Assembly: GCA_964534375.1 (NCBI GenBank)
Contig: CAZHPN010000068.1
Span: forward strand, 1-27,664
Length of the DNA stretch: 27,664 bases
Reading direction: 5' to 3'
From: an uncultured bacterium
Lineage (GTDB): Bacteria > Lernaellota > Lernaellaia > Lernaellales > Lernaellaceae
The notes beneath the pieces are model-generated. The model ran no database searches, was not told where the DNA came from, and worked only from the letters and a program-made list of their open reading frames with translations. Below are positions 1 through 8,384 of this stretch, piece by piece. Made by a program: the position numbers and the translations under genes. Positions within the stretch are counted from its first letter, which is position 1; each line of letters begins with the position of its first letter.

Positions 1-86
1 CGGACCCCGGCCCCCGGCCCCGGAACCCGGAACCTGGACCCCGGCCCCCGGAACCCGGAACCCGGAACCCGGACCCCGGACCCCGA
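1..86. repeat. Degenerate heptamer tandem repeat, consensus GG(A/C)(A/C)CCC, about 12 units, cut by the window edge
   Basis: Directly visible: ggaaccc ggaacct ggacccc ggccccc ggaaccc ggaaccc ggaaccc ggacccc ggacccc. Confidence 0.9.
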
Positions 87-184
87 CCGCCGCCCCCCGC
101 GCCTTCGGCGCGTCTTGTCTGCCCGTCTGCGTCCGCTCGAACGCGATTTTTTCGGATTCGCCCTGCGCCCCTTCCACTGTAAGA

Positions 185-357
185 GCGCCCTTCCGGGCGC
201 GATTCACGCGCCGCAGGCGCGGACCGCAAGCGCCAACGGCGCGAAATATAACAGCCTGGGTCGGAGGCCGAAGGCCGCAGGCCCAGGTACGATACGGCGC
301 ATTGTTTTTCATTCATTCCGCGCGCCATCGGTGCGCGATACGGGCGCCAACGGTGCG
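185..357. repeat. Cluster of short GC-rich REP-like hairpins
   Basis: gcgcccttccgggcgc (185-200), cgcgccgcaggcgcgg (207-222), three copies of gcgcca(a/t)cgg(c/t)gcg (230-243, 322-335, 344-357) and a cctggg...ggccgaaggcc...cccagg stem (255-287). Confidence 0.7.
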
Positions 358-375
358 AACCAACGCAACCGACGA

Positions 376-396
376 CTGTTCGCTGTTCGCTGTTCA
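376..396. repeat. Heptamer tandem repeat (CTGTTCG)x3
   Basis: ctgttcg ctgttcg ctgttca. Confidence 0.75.
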
Positions 397-574
397 CCGC
401 TCCGCGCGGCCCGCGGCCGATCCGCCGGGGAAGAAGACGATGGGAGAAAAATGGGGGTTGGATCGCACGATTTGCTTTGACGTTCGGGGTCACGAACCCG
501 CAAAGGCCGCGCGCGGAAAACGGACAAAAACGGTTGAATGTCCCGAACGGCTCCCCCAAAAGTGTTTCATCGCC

Positions 575-3500
575 TTACGCGTTCCTTTTTTGTGCCAACT
601 TTCCTAGTCTCGGCCTTTGTTTTTTCCTTTTTTTCTTCGGATTGCGTACGGGCCATCCGCAGACTTTAAAAATCTCTAGGATATCTGGATTTCCTGACTC
701 AATCATCGCCTCGAATATCGCCACGCCTGTTTCATCGCCGTAGCAAATGTCCCTAAAACAATGTGCAATTTGTAAGGGGGCTTCGTGGCGTTGACGGGTG
801 CTCTCGGCTATTGCGGAGAAGTTCTTTTTCAGTTCCGCCGCGGCGATTCGGTGTTCCTCAACGTGTTCGTCAGAATATTTCAGCTGCTTGCGCAAGCCGT
901 CTTCATTTGGGCCATAAAATCCAATGACAAAAAGCATCCCGTCAAAAAGCACCTGCCAACTGGCCGAATAAATATCAGCCCTGGACGGTTCGCCGTCGGC
1001 GAACGCCGAAACCGTTTTATGCCACCGCGCAGGGTCGGCCAGCGGTGCTCGGCGTGGCACAGTCGGCAAAAACAAAGTACCCAAAGCCTCGTCCCAAAGA
1101 GGCAACGGCCTTAGATCGAAAATCGAAATTACAAATTGGTTAATGATTCTGGCCTTCACCGGGTCGGCAATCAGAGCGGCCCAATTGATATCTGGGTTTT
1201 CCGCCCATAGGCGATCGTACATGGAGGGGGATCTGAGAACATGCCTCAACGTCTTGTCTGAGTGCCGCCCCGAAGAGAGAGCAAGATCAAGTGGCATCGC
1301 GTGATCAGCCTCTAGCTGTTCGGCCTGACTCATCGAAATTCGAATAACTTTTGAATCGCCGGGGTCCCGTACGGTAACCGGATTCCGTCCCAACTTTCTT
1401 GATAGGGCCAAAACGTCCTCCCGCGAAGTCAACCTCCCGGTCGCCTGAATGGCGCGTAGCTGAAAAATTTTCCACAGGATACGACTGCGGCCCTCAACCA
1501 CCTTCGTAAGTTCTCCCTCAGACATTCTCGTAAGCAAGACTGCCGCTGCAAAGCGAACGGCGGACTTGTTCGGCGAAAAAAGGAGCAGATGACATACAAA
1601 ATGAGTAAATGGCCCCGACAAGGTAGTCGGGCCGGCAATAGTTGATTGCAGGTATACCAGTGTCTCAAACCAGGTCTTCGAAGCCACCAGATCATCCCAC
1701 GACGGAAACGACAGCAAAGATGCCGCCAACCGATTCATACCCGGCGATGTTGTTATGGCGTGCCTAATCGTGGCCCAAAGAAGATTAAAATCCGGCTCAA
1801 GTTCAGTCGCTTCTGTTGAGTTCAATGCTTGCCCGGCGAAAAAAGACAGCTGCGCTCGCTCGCGTATCGGTCCTCGTCGGCAAAGTTTCCAGGTCTCCGG
1901 CAAATCCATCCCCGCCGCAAGAATTACCAGACGAAGACACGTCAATTCTTTCTCCGTTTTCAACCCTCTAGACAACGATCGTGCGGCGCCTTTGAAAGCC
2001 TCCCAATTCCCGTCCGTTTTTTCGCGACACGCTCTGAGCATCGCCAGCGTGTCGTGCAAAAGTCCGGAGTCATCCAGGCCCGTGCATGCAAGAACCAATG
2101 TCCGGATCACAAGCGTTTTATGCACGACGGCAGACGCGACGCCATCCAACAGCAGTCCGCCAAGAACCTGAGCAACATTTGCGTCAGCCCCGGCGCAAGC
2201 AAGAATTTTTTCGACAAGGAACAACTGCGCTTCGTCAGCATATCCCGCAACAAGCAACCGAAGCACCTCTCTCCAACGCGGATCCGCGCAATGGTTTTCT
2301 ATTTCGGCTCCCCACGCGTCGCTAACGCCATTCAACTCCGCAAGCGTTTTGATTCTGGCTGCGGTCAAATATTCTTGGAACGTCAAATGAATGAAACTAA
2401 ACTGTCTGTCGCCGATCTCCACGAGGAGGCCAGCGCGATCTTGAACAAACTCAATAAAATCCGTTGCAAGTATGTCCGGGGAGTAATCCGGATCGGGTGG
2501 CTTTTCTTCTGATATATGTTCGGATAACACAGCCTTCAGCGCCTTATATGTAACCACTGCCTGTCGCCCCGACTCCTCGCCCCCCATTTCATGGTGCATC
2601 CAATACGCGATTGCTTGCATTCTATGCATATTATGCTGATCAACTTTGGCCCGGTGAAGGCGATCCTTCTCGTGGAATTTTGAGGTATGCCACGTATTTA
2701 AAAGAGTTTCCGTACATTTTTGATATAACACATGACGCTCGTCCGGAAGTACTGCATCAATCCGATGCACGAGAACCATGATTGTCAAAAGAAGAGGGTT
2801 ACGTGCCAAATCGCGGATCGCGACATGCTGATCGTTGCGCAATATCGCCAGCAAGCTATCAAGATATTCTTCTCGTTCACGCGGGCTTTCGAACCTCACA
2901 TTGTACCAATCTTTTACGAATTGTGCGATTTCTTCGTCACGAAGTTTTGCCAATTTGTGATGAACAAAATCGCTTTTGTCGAAGCTGAACGGCCCTTGAT
3001 AGCCGTAAACCCGTGACGTAACAATAATTGAAGTCCCCGGATATGTTGCCGCAAGATTGCGAATGCGGTTACGTATTTGTATTTTGAAAGTGGGCGACGG
3101 TAATTCGTCAACGCCATCAAAAAGTAGAATCGCATTTCCCGATTCGAGGTAATATTCGATAAACTCAATGGGAACCCCACCGATCGATAGGTCCGCCTCT
3201 ATGTTGGCGCGCATATACTCTATTAGAGAAAGATTATCGTCTGATTTGATCGCGTCGGCATACCGGCGTAGGGTCACAAACACAGGAAGGCGTTCATCGG
3301 ATATGAATTGAAACCGCGACGCTCTGTCCGGCTTCCACGAACGCCGTTGAAGCGCTTTTGATCTCCCCAGCAGGGCTAGAAACTTCAAAAGAGTCGTTTT
3401 CCCAGAGCCGGGATCCCCAAGAATGACATGGCAAGACCCGAGCGCAAGAAAATCGACCGGATCGCGGCGAGGCGTATTGGGGTCATTTTCATCGGCATCG

Positions 3501-4303
3501 TTTGCAATTGCCGAAAGCGGGATATAGATTTGTTCTATAGGGACAGCATGCGTCGACTCTTCTTTATAAACTGACATCCCGACGAATTCGATACGACCGT
3601 GCTCTTCGACTATCGCTTTATCATATTGAGCGCGTATACCATTTATCGTTTTCTTTCGTTCGACGCCATTTGGATACAGTTCGGGATAATAGTAGAGCCC
3701 GATCGAAGGGATCTGAAGAAAGAGGCCTTGAAGGTGCGTGTGACCCCAATGTTCAATATCGAAGTCGCAGCCGACGTCGTCTCTAAGTTTTTTAAACCAT
3801 GAAACGTCGCCGGCGTCTTTCCGACCCGACGGTTCGACGAAATCCTCAGGAGTAACAAGAATCCATTTTTTTAATCGTAGCCTGTCCTTTGGTGGTATTC
3901 TTTCGTGCTCAGGAGAGTCTTTTGACTTGCCGGCGGCGCGAATTAGCGATTCTTTTATCTCAGCGCGATGCGCCGCGCTCAAAGGACACGGAAAAAATTT
4001 GTGCTGATAGCCGACGATGCCATCCGGTTTCTCTTCATACGCATCAAGTCCTTGAACGTCGCCTGCACGGTCGTCGAAAAGGGTAATCGATCCTTCTTCC
4101 CTGCGTCGGGTGTGAAAAAGGAGCAAATTGACGACTCGGGCAAACTCCCGCCCGCTTGACGAACTCCTCGGGGGCAGGATGGTGTAAAGACTTGACACTT
4201 CGGGAATTCGTTGCCTCATCCTCGCGCTCACACGCAGTCTCGCAGGCTCGTGCTGCTGGCCTTTTGTTTTTTTGCCACTTGGTTCGCCGATTTTTCCTGT
4301 CAT
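575..4303 (-). CDS. NACHT (STAND) NTPase with an N-terminal Mrr/PD-(D/E)xK-like nuclease domain; putative NLR-like antiphage protein
   Basis: 1242-aa ORF. Walker A GDPGSGKTT, PVFVTLRRY, Walker B LLFDGVDE, IIVTSR, LARNPLLLT, FSFIHLTFQEYL and WREVLRLL are NACHT-module motifs. N-terminal REF..V / GDVQGLD / YQHK resembles a QxK-type restriction-nuclease fold. GGAGA RBS lies upstream of the ATG. GC is visibly lower than in neighbouring genes. Confidence 0.9.
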   Translation of the reverse strand: MTGKIGEPSGKKTKGQQHEPARLRVSARMRQRIPEVSSLYTILPPRSSSSGREFARVVNLLLFHTRRREEGSITLFDDRAGDVQGLDAYEEKPDGIVGYQHKFFPCPLSAAHRAEIKESLIRAAGKSKDSPEHERIPPKDRLRLKKWILVTPEDFVEPSGRKDAGDVSWFKKLRDDVGCDFDIEHWGHTHLQGLFLQIPSIGLYYYPELYPNGVERKKTINGIRAQYDKAIVEEHGRIEFVGMSVYKEESTHAVPIEQIYIPLSAIANDADENDPNTPRRDPVDFLALGSCHVILGDPGSGKTTLLKFLALLGRSKALQRRSWKPDRASRFQFISDERLPVFVTLRRYADAIKSDDNLSLIEYMRANIEADLSIGGVPIEFIEYYLESGNAILLFDGVDELPSPTFKIQIRNRIRNLAATYPGTSIIVTSRVYGYQGPFSFDKSDFVHHKLAKLRDEEIAQFVKDWYNVRFESPREREEYLDSLLAILRNDQHVAIRDLARNPLLLTIMVLVHRIDAVLPDERHVLYQKCTETLLNTWHTSKFHEKDRLHRAKVDQHNMHRMQAIAYWMHHEMGGEESGRQAVVTYKALKAVLSEHISEEKPPDPDYSPDILATDFIEFVQDRAGLLVEIGDRQFSFIHLTFQEYLTAARIKTLAELNGVSDAWGAEIENHCADPRWREVLRLLVAGYADEAQLFLVEKILACAGADANVAQVLGGLLLDGVASAVVHKTLVIRTLVLACTGLDDSGLLHDTLAMLRACREKTDGNWEAFKGAARSLSRGLKTEKELTCLRLVILAAGMDLPETWKLCRRGPIRERAQLSFFAGQALNSTEATELEPDFNLLWATIRHAITTSPGMNRLAASLLSFPSWDDLVASKTWFETLVYLQSTIAGPTTLSGPFTHFVCHLLLFSPNKSAVRFAAAVLLTRMSEGELTKVVEGRSRILWKIFQLRAIQATGRLTSREDVLALSRKLGRNPVTVRDPGDSKVIRISMSQAEQLEADHAMPLDLALSSGRHSDKTLRHVLRSPSMYDRLWAENPDINWAALIADPVKARIINQFVISIFDLRPLPLWDEALGTLFLPTVPRRAPLADPARWHKTVSAFADGEPSRADIYSASWQVLFDGMLFVIGFYGPNEDGLRKQLKYSDEHVEEHRIAAAELKKNFSAIAESTRQRHEAPLQIAHCFRDICYGDETGVAIFEAMIESGNPDILEIFKVCGWPVRNPKKKRKKQRPRLGKLAQKRNA

Positions 4304-4518
4304 GGCGTCATCTCCGAACGCAAATCATCGCGTTTGCAAACTGTACGGTGAAATTCCGGAACACAACACCTATTTCCCTCCTCACTTCGGCCGTCGTCCC
4401 GCTTTCCGGGGCCAGAGCGGACGTTGAAGCAACCGTTCGGAGGCTTCAGGGGGGACAAAATGCTTAATTCGGCCTCCCGTGTCGGATTCGTCAAACAATC
4501 GCACCTCGCCTCGCTTGT

Positions 4519-4547
4519 TTAACATGTTTCGCATCCCGGATTGTCAA
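4519..4547 (-). promoter_or_regulatory. Possible sigma70 promoter for the NACHT gene
   Basis: On the minus strand, TTGACA (4547-4542) is followed 17 nt later by TGTTAA in an AT-rich patch; the -10 match is weak. Confidence 0.3.
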
Positions 4548-4596
4548 TGATTTAATATCAGCGTCCGCATCGCGGCGCAAGGGCGCGGGGTTCCGC

Positions 4597-4629
4597 CTTC
4601 GCCAAGGCTTCCCGACTTCGCCAAGGCTT
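4597..4629. repeat. Direct repeat CTTCGCCAAGGCTT x2
   Basis: Identical 14-mers at 4597-4610 and 4616-4629. Confidence 0.8.
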
Positions 4630-4685
4630 GGTCACGTCAAGCCCCGCGCTCCCGGGGCGTCGGCCCCGCGGTGCGCGGCCGATGA

Positions 4686-4709
4686 GGGCACAGCGCGCTG
4701 TGCCCCTAC
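4686..4709 (-). repeat. GTAG-type REP element
   Basis: Reverse complement reads GTAG-GGGCACAGCGCGCTGTGCCC: GTAG foot plus a perfect palindrome. Confidence 0.8.
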
Positions 4710-4715
4710 GCCGGA

Positions 4716-4853
4716 CCGCGCCTGCGGCGCGGGTAATTTTCGGGGCCGGCCGGAGCGCCGGTCTTCAGACCGGCCCTGGGAGCGCCGACGCCCCCGTCGG
4801 CGCCGAAATCATAAACGCCGACGAGGGCGTCGGCGCTCCCGGCAAGGCGCGGG
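4716..4853. repeat. About 137-bp multi-hairpin repeat, copy 1 (BIME/REPIN-like)
   Basis: Near-identical to 5117-5253 (core offset exactly 400 nt). Contains gccggtcttcagaccggc and a long inverted pair gggagcgccgacgccc...gggcgtcggcgctccc (4778-4840). Confidence 0.9.
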
Positions 4854-4864
4854 GCGGGTCGGAG

Positions 4865-5064
4865 CCGAATTTCGAATTGCGAATTGCGAATCGCGAATCC
4901 CGCGCGTTGTTCGCCGATGGACGCAACATGAACCGCCGGGTTCCGGGGTCCGGGATCGCAAATGGCGAATGGCGAATGGCGAATGGCGGGTAGAAAGTCT
5001 CACGCGGAGACGTGCAGAGCCAAGCAGAGCCGACCCCGAAGCCCGAATCCCGAATCCCGAATCC
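4865..5064. repeat. Mosaic of heptamer tandem repeats: (GCGAATT/C)n, (CCGGG(T/G/A)T)n, (GGCGAAT)n, (TCCCGAA)n
   Basis: Tracts at about 4865-4899, 4936-4956, 4957-4991 and 5034-5064 read directly from the sequence. Confidence 0.85.
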
Positions 5065-5074
5065 TGGCGAATGG

Positions 5075-5110
5075 CCCTCACCCCGGCCCTCTCCCAAAGG
5101 GCGAGGGAGA
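5075..5110. repeat. CCCTCACCCC...CCCTCTCCC-N-GGGCGAGGGAGA palindromic element
   Basis: ccctcaccccggccctctcccaaagggcgagggaga; resembles the interspersed palindrome family often seen next to DUF559 endonuclease genes (from recall, not searched). Confidence 0.7.
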
Positions 5111-5116
5111 ATGGGG

Positions 5117-5253
5117 CCGCGCCCGCGGCGCGGTAATTTACGGGGCCGGCCGGAGCGCCGGTCTTCAGACCGGCCCTGGGAGCGCCGACGCCCCCGTCGG
5201 CGTCGAAATCATAAACGCCGACGAGGGCGTCGGCGCTCCCGGCAAGGCGCGGG
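5117..5253. repeat. About 137-bp multi-hairpin repeat, copy 2
   Basis: Differs from 4716-4853 at only a few positions (e.g. 4803 C vs 5203 T). Confidence 0.9.
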
Positions 5254-5296
5254 CAAATCGAAAAAAGTCGCTCCCAGGGCCAGACGTGCCGGCCGT

Positions 5297-5323
5297 GTAG
5301 GGGCAGGTCCCCGAGCCTGCCCC
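5297..5323 (+). repeat. GTAG-type REP element
   Basis: GTAG-GGGCAGG tccccgag CCTGCCC hairpin. Confidence 0.8.
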
Positions 5324-5596
5324 AATGATAATGCCTGCCGGCGCCGGCACATAAGAAGGCGGTTGTCGCGTCCGGGCTTTCCGCGTTGTTATTTTGATAG
5401 TATTTAATACTCGCGAAGGGCGTCGAACGCCGTTTTCCCTACCGCGAAGGCCGGTATATGGCGGTCCGACGGCGGTCAAATTCAGTAAAATTACGAAACA
5501 AAGCCAATTTCGCTCTGCTTGACGGCGACGGCGAGGGAGGCGATCATTTTCCGCCTCTGGGCGGAAGAAAACGGACCGGCGGCGAAAGGCGACGTG

Positions 5597-7666
5597 ATGC
5601 GTTTCTGGCTTTGCGTGCTGTTGATTCTGGCGAGCGTCGCGGCGGTTGCGTGCGGCCACGGGGCAAGCAGTTCGGCGAGCGCCGGCGGCGACGACGACGA
5701 CGACGACAATAACGATGCGTCGCCGCCCGCCGATGACGACACGTACCCGCAATGCGACCAGCGGGCGGGCTCGCCGATGTTCACGATTCACATCGATCCA
5801 TCCGACAAGGGCCGCGTGTTCGATGGCCTCGGCGCGATCTCCAGCGCCGGCAATTCCCGCTATTTGATCGATTATCCCGAGCCGCAGCGCAGCCAGATTC
5901 TCGACTACCTGTTCAAGCCCGGCTACGGGGCGGCGCTGCAGATTCTCAAGGTCGAGATCGGCGGCGACGCCAACAGCTCCAGCGGCGCCGACGCCAGCCA
6001 CATGCACACCGCCGACGATCTGAATTGCGACCGCAGTTACGAATGGTGGTTGATCGAGGAGGCGAAGAAGCGCAACCCGAATATCAAGGTTTACGGGCTG
6101 GCCTGGACCTCGCCGAGTTGGATTCTCGCGCCGTTCTGCTGGTCGCCCGAATATATGGATTATCTGCTGGCTTGGATCGACTGCGGCCAGACGCACGGCT
6201 TCACGGCCGACTACCTCGGCGGTTGGAATGAGGGCCTGTGGAACCGCCGCTGGTTCATCCGCCTCGCCGCGGAGATCAAGAAGCGTGGGCTGCCGACCAA
6301 GATCGTGGGGGCGGACACGCACGGCGACTTCGGCTGGCTCTTCCCGGATTTGCTCGCGCTCGATCCGGGCTTCGCGGCGGCGATCGACGTCATCGGCGTG
6401 CATTATCCGTGCAACGACACGGGCTGCACGTCGTCGGCCGCGGCGATCGGCCTGGGCAAGCCGCTGTGGGCGAGCGAAGACGGCGGCAGCGCGGCGGTCT
6501 GGGCGCGCAACATCAATCGCGGCTACATCGACGCCCGGTTGACGGCGCACATCAACTGGCCGCTGGTCGCCGCGGACTCGGACGGGGCCGCCATGGCCGG
6601 CGCGGGCGTGCTGCAGGCGAACCAGCCGTGGTCCGGCGCGTACACGATCGATCAGCAAATCTGGGTGTGGGCGCACCTCACCCAATTCACGCAGCCGGGC
6701 TGGCGCTATCTCGACGGCGCGGTCGGCTATCTGCAAGGCTACCGCCGATTCGGCAGCTACACGACGCTGATCTCGCCGGACGGGGCGGATTTGGCGGTCG
6801 TCATCGAAACCACGACGGCGATCGGCGACCAGTACGTCGAATTGGTGCTGGACGGCGCCGCGCCGCAGAAAACGCTGCACCTGTGGGCGTCGGACACGTC
6901 ATCCTCGAACAACGACGACTATTTTCTTCACTCGTGCGATGCGACGCCGAGCGGCGGGGTCGTGCGCCTGTTGTTGCAGCCGAATCGTCTGTACACGCTC
7001 TCGACCGTCGGCGGGCAGGGCAAGGGAACCGCCGCCGGGCCCGCGCCGGCGCCGTTCCCGCTGCCGTACGAAAACGACTTCGAGAGCGACACGCTCGGCC
7101 GCGAGGCGCGCTGGCTGGTGACGCAGGAGGGCTCGTTCGAGGTCGCGCCGTGCACCGGGCGCACGGGCCAGTGCGTGCGCCAGACCACGCCGGAGTTGCC
7201 GGTTTTCTGGGGCGGCCTGCAGATGATCGATACGCCGTTCACGCTCGTCGGCGACGGCAACCTTGCCGATTACACCGTCACGGTCGACGCCATGCCCGAA
7301 ACCGACGGCACGATCCGCCTGCTCGGCCGCTACGCCGCGCAGGTGCCGTTTTATCTGCCGCAGCACACGGGATATGAATTCTCGCTCGCAACCGACGGAA
7401 CGTGGGAGATTCGCCGTGTCGATTTGGACAATGCCACGGTCCTCGCTTCGGGAACCGCCGCCGCCTGGCCGGCCGGCGCCTGGCGCACGCTCGCGTTGTC
7501 GATGAAGGGCGATCAAATCACCGCCTCGGCCGACGGCGCCGCGCTGGCAACGGCGACCGATGCCACCTACGCGACCGGTGTCGCCGGATTCGGCCTGGGC
7601 GGGCATCCGGGCGCCGGCGGCTACTTCTACGCGCAATTCGATAATTTGGAGATTGCCGCCGAGTAG
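5597..7666 (+). CDS. Glycoside hydrolase family 59 (galactosylceramidase-like) lipoprotein
   Basis: FDGLGAIS..GNSRYLIDYPEPQRSQILDYLFKPGYGAALQILKVEIGGDANSSSG matches the GH59 N-terminus. WNE acid/base, WASE nucleophile and a C-terminal lectin-like beta-sandwich are present. Signal peptide with lipobox VAAVA-C is followed by an Asp-rich linker. Start moved to ATG 5597. Confidence 0.92.
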   Translation: MRFWLCVLLILASVAAVACGHGASSSASAGGDDDDDDNNDASPPADDDTYPQCDQRAGSPMFTIHIDPSDKGRVFDGLGAISSAGNSRYLIDYPEPQRSQILDYLFKPGYGAALQILKVEIGGDANSSSGADASHMHTADDLNCDRSYEWWLIEEAKKRNPNIKVYGLAWTSPSWILAPFCWSPEYMDYLLAWIDCGQTHGFTADYLGGWNEGLWNRRWFIRLAAEIKKRGLPTKIVGADTHGDFGWLFPDLLALDPGFAAAIDVIGVHYPCNDTGCTSSAAAIGLGKPLWASEDGGSAAVWARNINRGYIDARLTAHINWPLVAADSDGAAMAGAGVLQANQPWSGAYTIDQQIWVWAHLTQFTQPGWRYLDGAVGYLQGYRRFGSYTTLISPDGADLAVVIETTTAIGDQYVELVLDGAAPQKTLHLWASDTSSSNNDDYFLHSCDATPSGGVVRLLLQPNRLYTLSTVGGQGKGTAAGPAPAPFPLPYENDFESDTLGREARWLVTQEGSFEVAPCTGRTGQCVRQTTPELPVFWGGLQMIDTPFTLVGDGNLADYTVTVDAMPETDGTIRLLGRYAAQVPFYLPQHTGYEFSLATDGTWEIRRVDLDNATVLASGTAAAWPAGAWRTLALSMKGDQITASADGAALATATDATYATGVAGFGLGGHPGAGGYFYAQFDNLEIAAE

Positions 7667-7700
7667 GCCGGGTCGCCGGGCGCCTCGAGGAACGGCGGAC

Positions 7701-8057
7701 TTATCGGTTCCGGTCGTAGTCGTCCGCGAGCCGCACGATGTCGTCTTCGCCGAAGTAGTCGCCGCGCTGGATTTCGATGACGATCAGCATCTCGGCGCCC
7801 GTGTTGCGCAGGCGATGCGGCGCCTCGACTGGGATGTCGAGCGCCTGGCCGGCGGCGACGGGAATTTCGTCAACGCCGCGCGTGACGACGCCCTGGCCCA
7901 CGACGACGAACCAGTGCTCGGCGCGGCGGCGATGATATTGCAGGCTCAGCCGGTGTCCGGGATTCACGGCGAGCCGTTTCACCTTATACGTCGGCTCGTC
8001 GAGCAGAACCTCGAACCAGCCCCACGGCCGATGGCTGATTTCGCCGCCGGAACTCAT
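7701..8057 (-). CDS. Stand-alone mannose-6-phosphate isomerase type II C-terminal cupin domain
   Basis: RPWG, LSLQYH..RAEHW, HRLRN and IEIQRGDYFGEDDIVR motifs of the ManC C-terminal cupin. Confidence 0.92.
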   Translation of the reverse strand: MSSGGEISHRPWGWFEVLLDEPTYKVKRLAVNPGHRLSLQYHRRRAEHWFVVVGQGVVTRGVDEIPVAAGQALDIPVEAPHRLRNTGAEMLIVIEIQRGDYFGEDDIVRLADDYDRNR

Positions 8058-8069
8058 GCCGCATCCTTG

Positions 8070-8300
8070 CTAGGCGAAGGTGTTGCCGCCGCACATCGGG
8101 CAGCGCCGGCGGATGCGGGGCACATCGCCGCGCCAGCCGCACGAGGCGCACTGGGCGTTGACGGTGTCCATCGCTTCCACCGCGCTTTTGCCGGCGTCGC
8201 CGAGGAAGAGCAACTTGATAATGGAGCCCAACGTGCCGAGCGCGAGAGCGGCCGTCACCCCGAGCCAAACCGAATACTCGACGGGCCAGATGCCGTGCAT
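8070..8300 (-). CDS. Small membrane-anchored zinc-ribbon protein
   Basis: 76 aa; N-terminal hydrophobic helix and C-terminal CASC...CPMC; GGGGAAAGG RBS-like sequence; co-oriented between trxC and the cupin gene. Confidence 0.7.
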   Translation of the reverse strand: MHGIWPVEYSVWLGVTAALALGTLGSIIKLLFLGDAGKSAVEAMDTVNAQCASCGWRGDVPRIRRRCPMCGGNTFA

Positions 8301-8384
8301 GTCACGCCTTTCCCCACGCCTGATTTGCGCCGGTCTTTTCTAGCAACCGCCCGGCGCCCTGTCAACAAACGAGGCGGACCGGCC

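Noticed and set aside
480..575. Integron attC site after the NACHT gene
   Set aside because: I found no RYYYAAC...GTTRRRY pair with complementary arms, and there is no integron integrase.
575..640. NLS-like basic tail KKKRKKQR implying a eukaryote-targeted effector
   Set aside because: There is no secretion signal, and short basic tails arise easily from A-rich sequence.
115..743. Short ORFs in the left flank
   Set aside because: They translate repeat and hairpin DNA or lie antisense to the NACHT 3' end, with no RBS or motif support.
4716..5253. CRISPR array
   Set aside because: There are only two long copies, the intervening DNA is itself repetitive rather than unique spacers, and no cas genes are present.
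4628..5407. ORFs across the repeat mosaic
   Set aside because: Periodic peptides (GFGIRDSGFG, ANGEWRMANG, PSPRPSPKGRG) are artefacts of heptamer and palindrome repeats.
5165..6880. Long antisense or alternative-frame ORFs (also 7560-8936, 15886-17724, 20565-22352, 24923-26467)
   Set aside because: These are shadow ORFs typical of high-GC DNA; they are Arg/Ala-rich and overlap well-supported genes.
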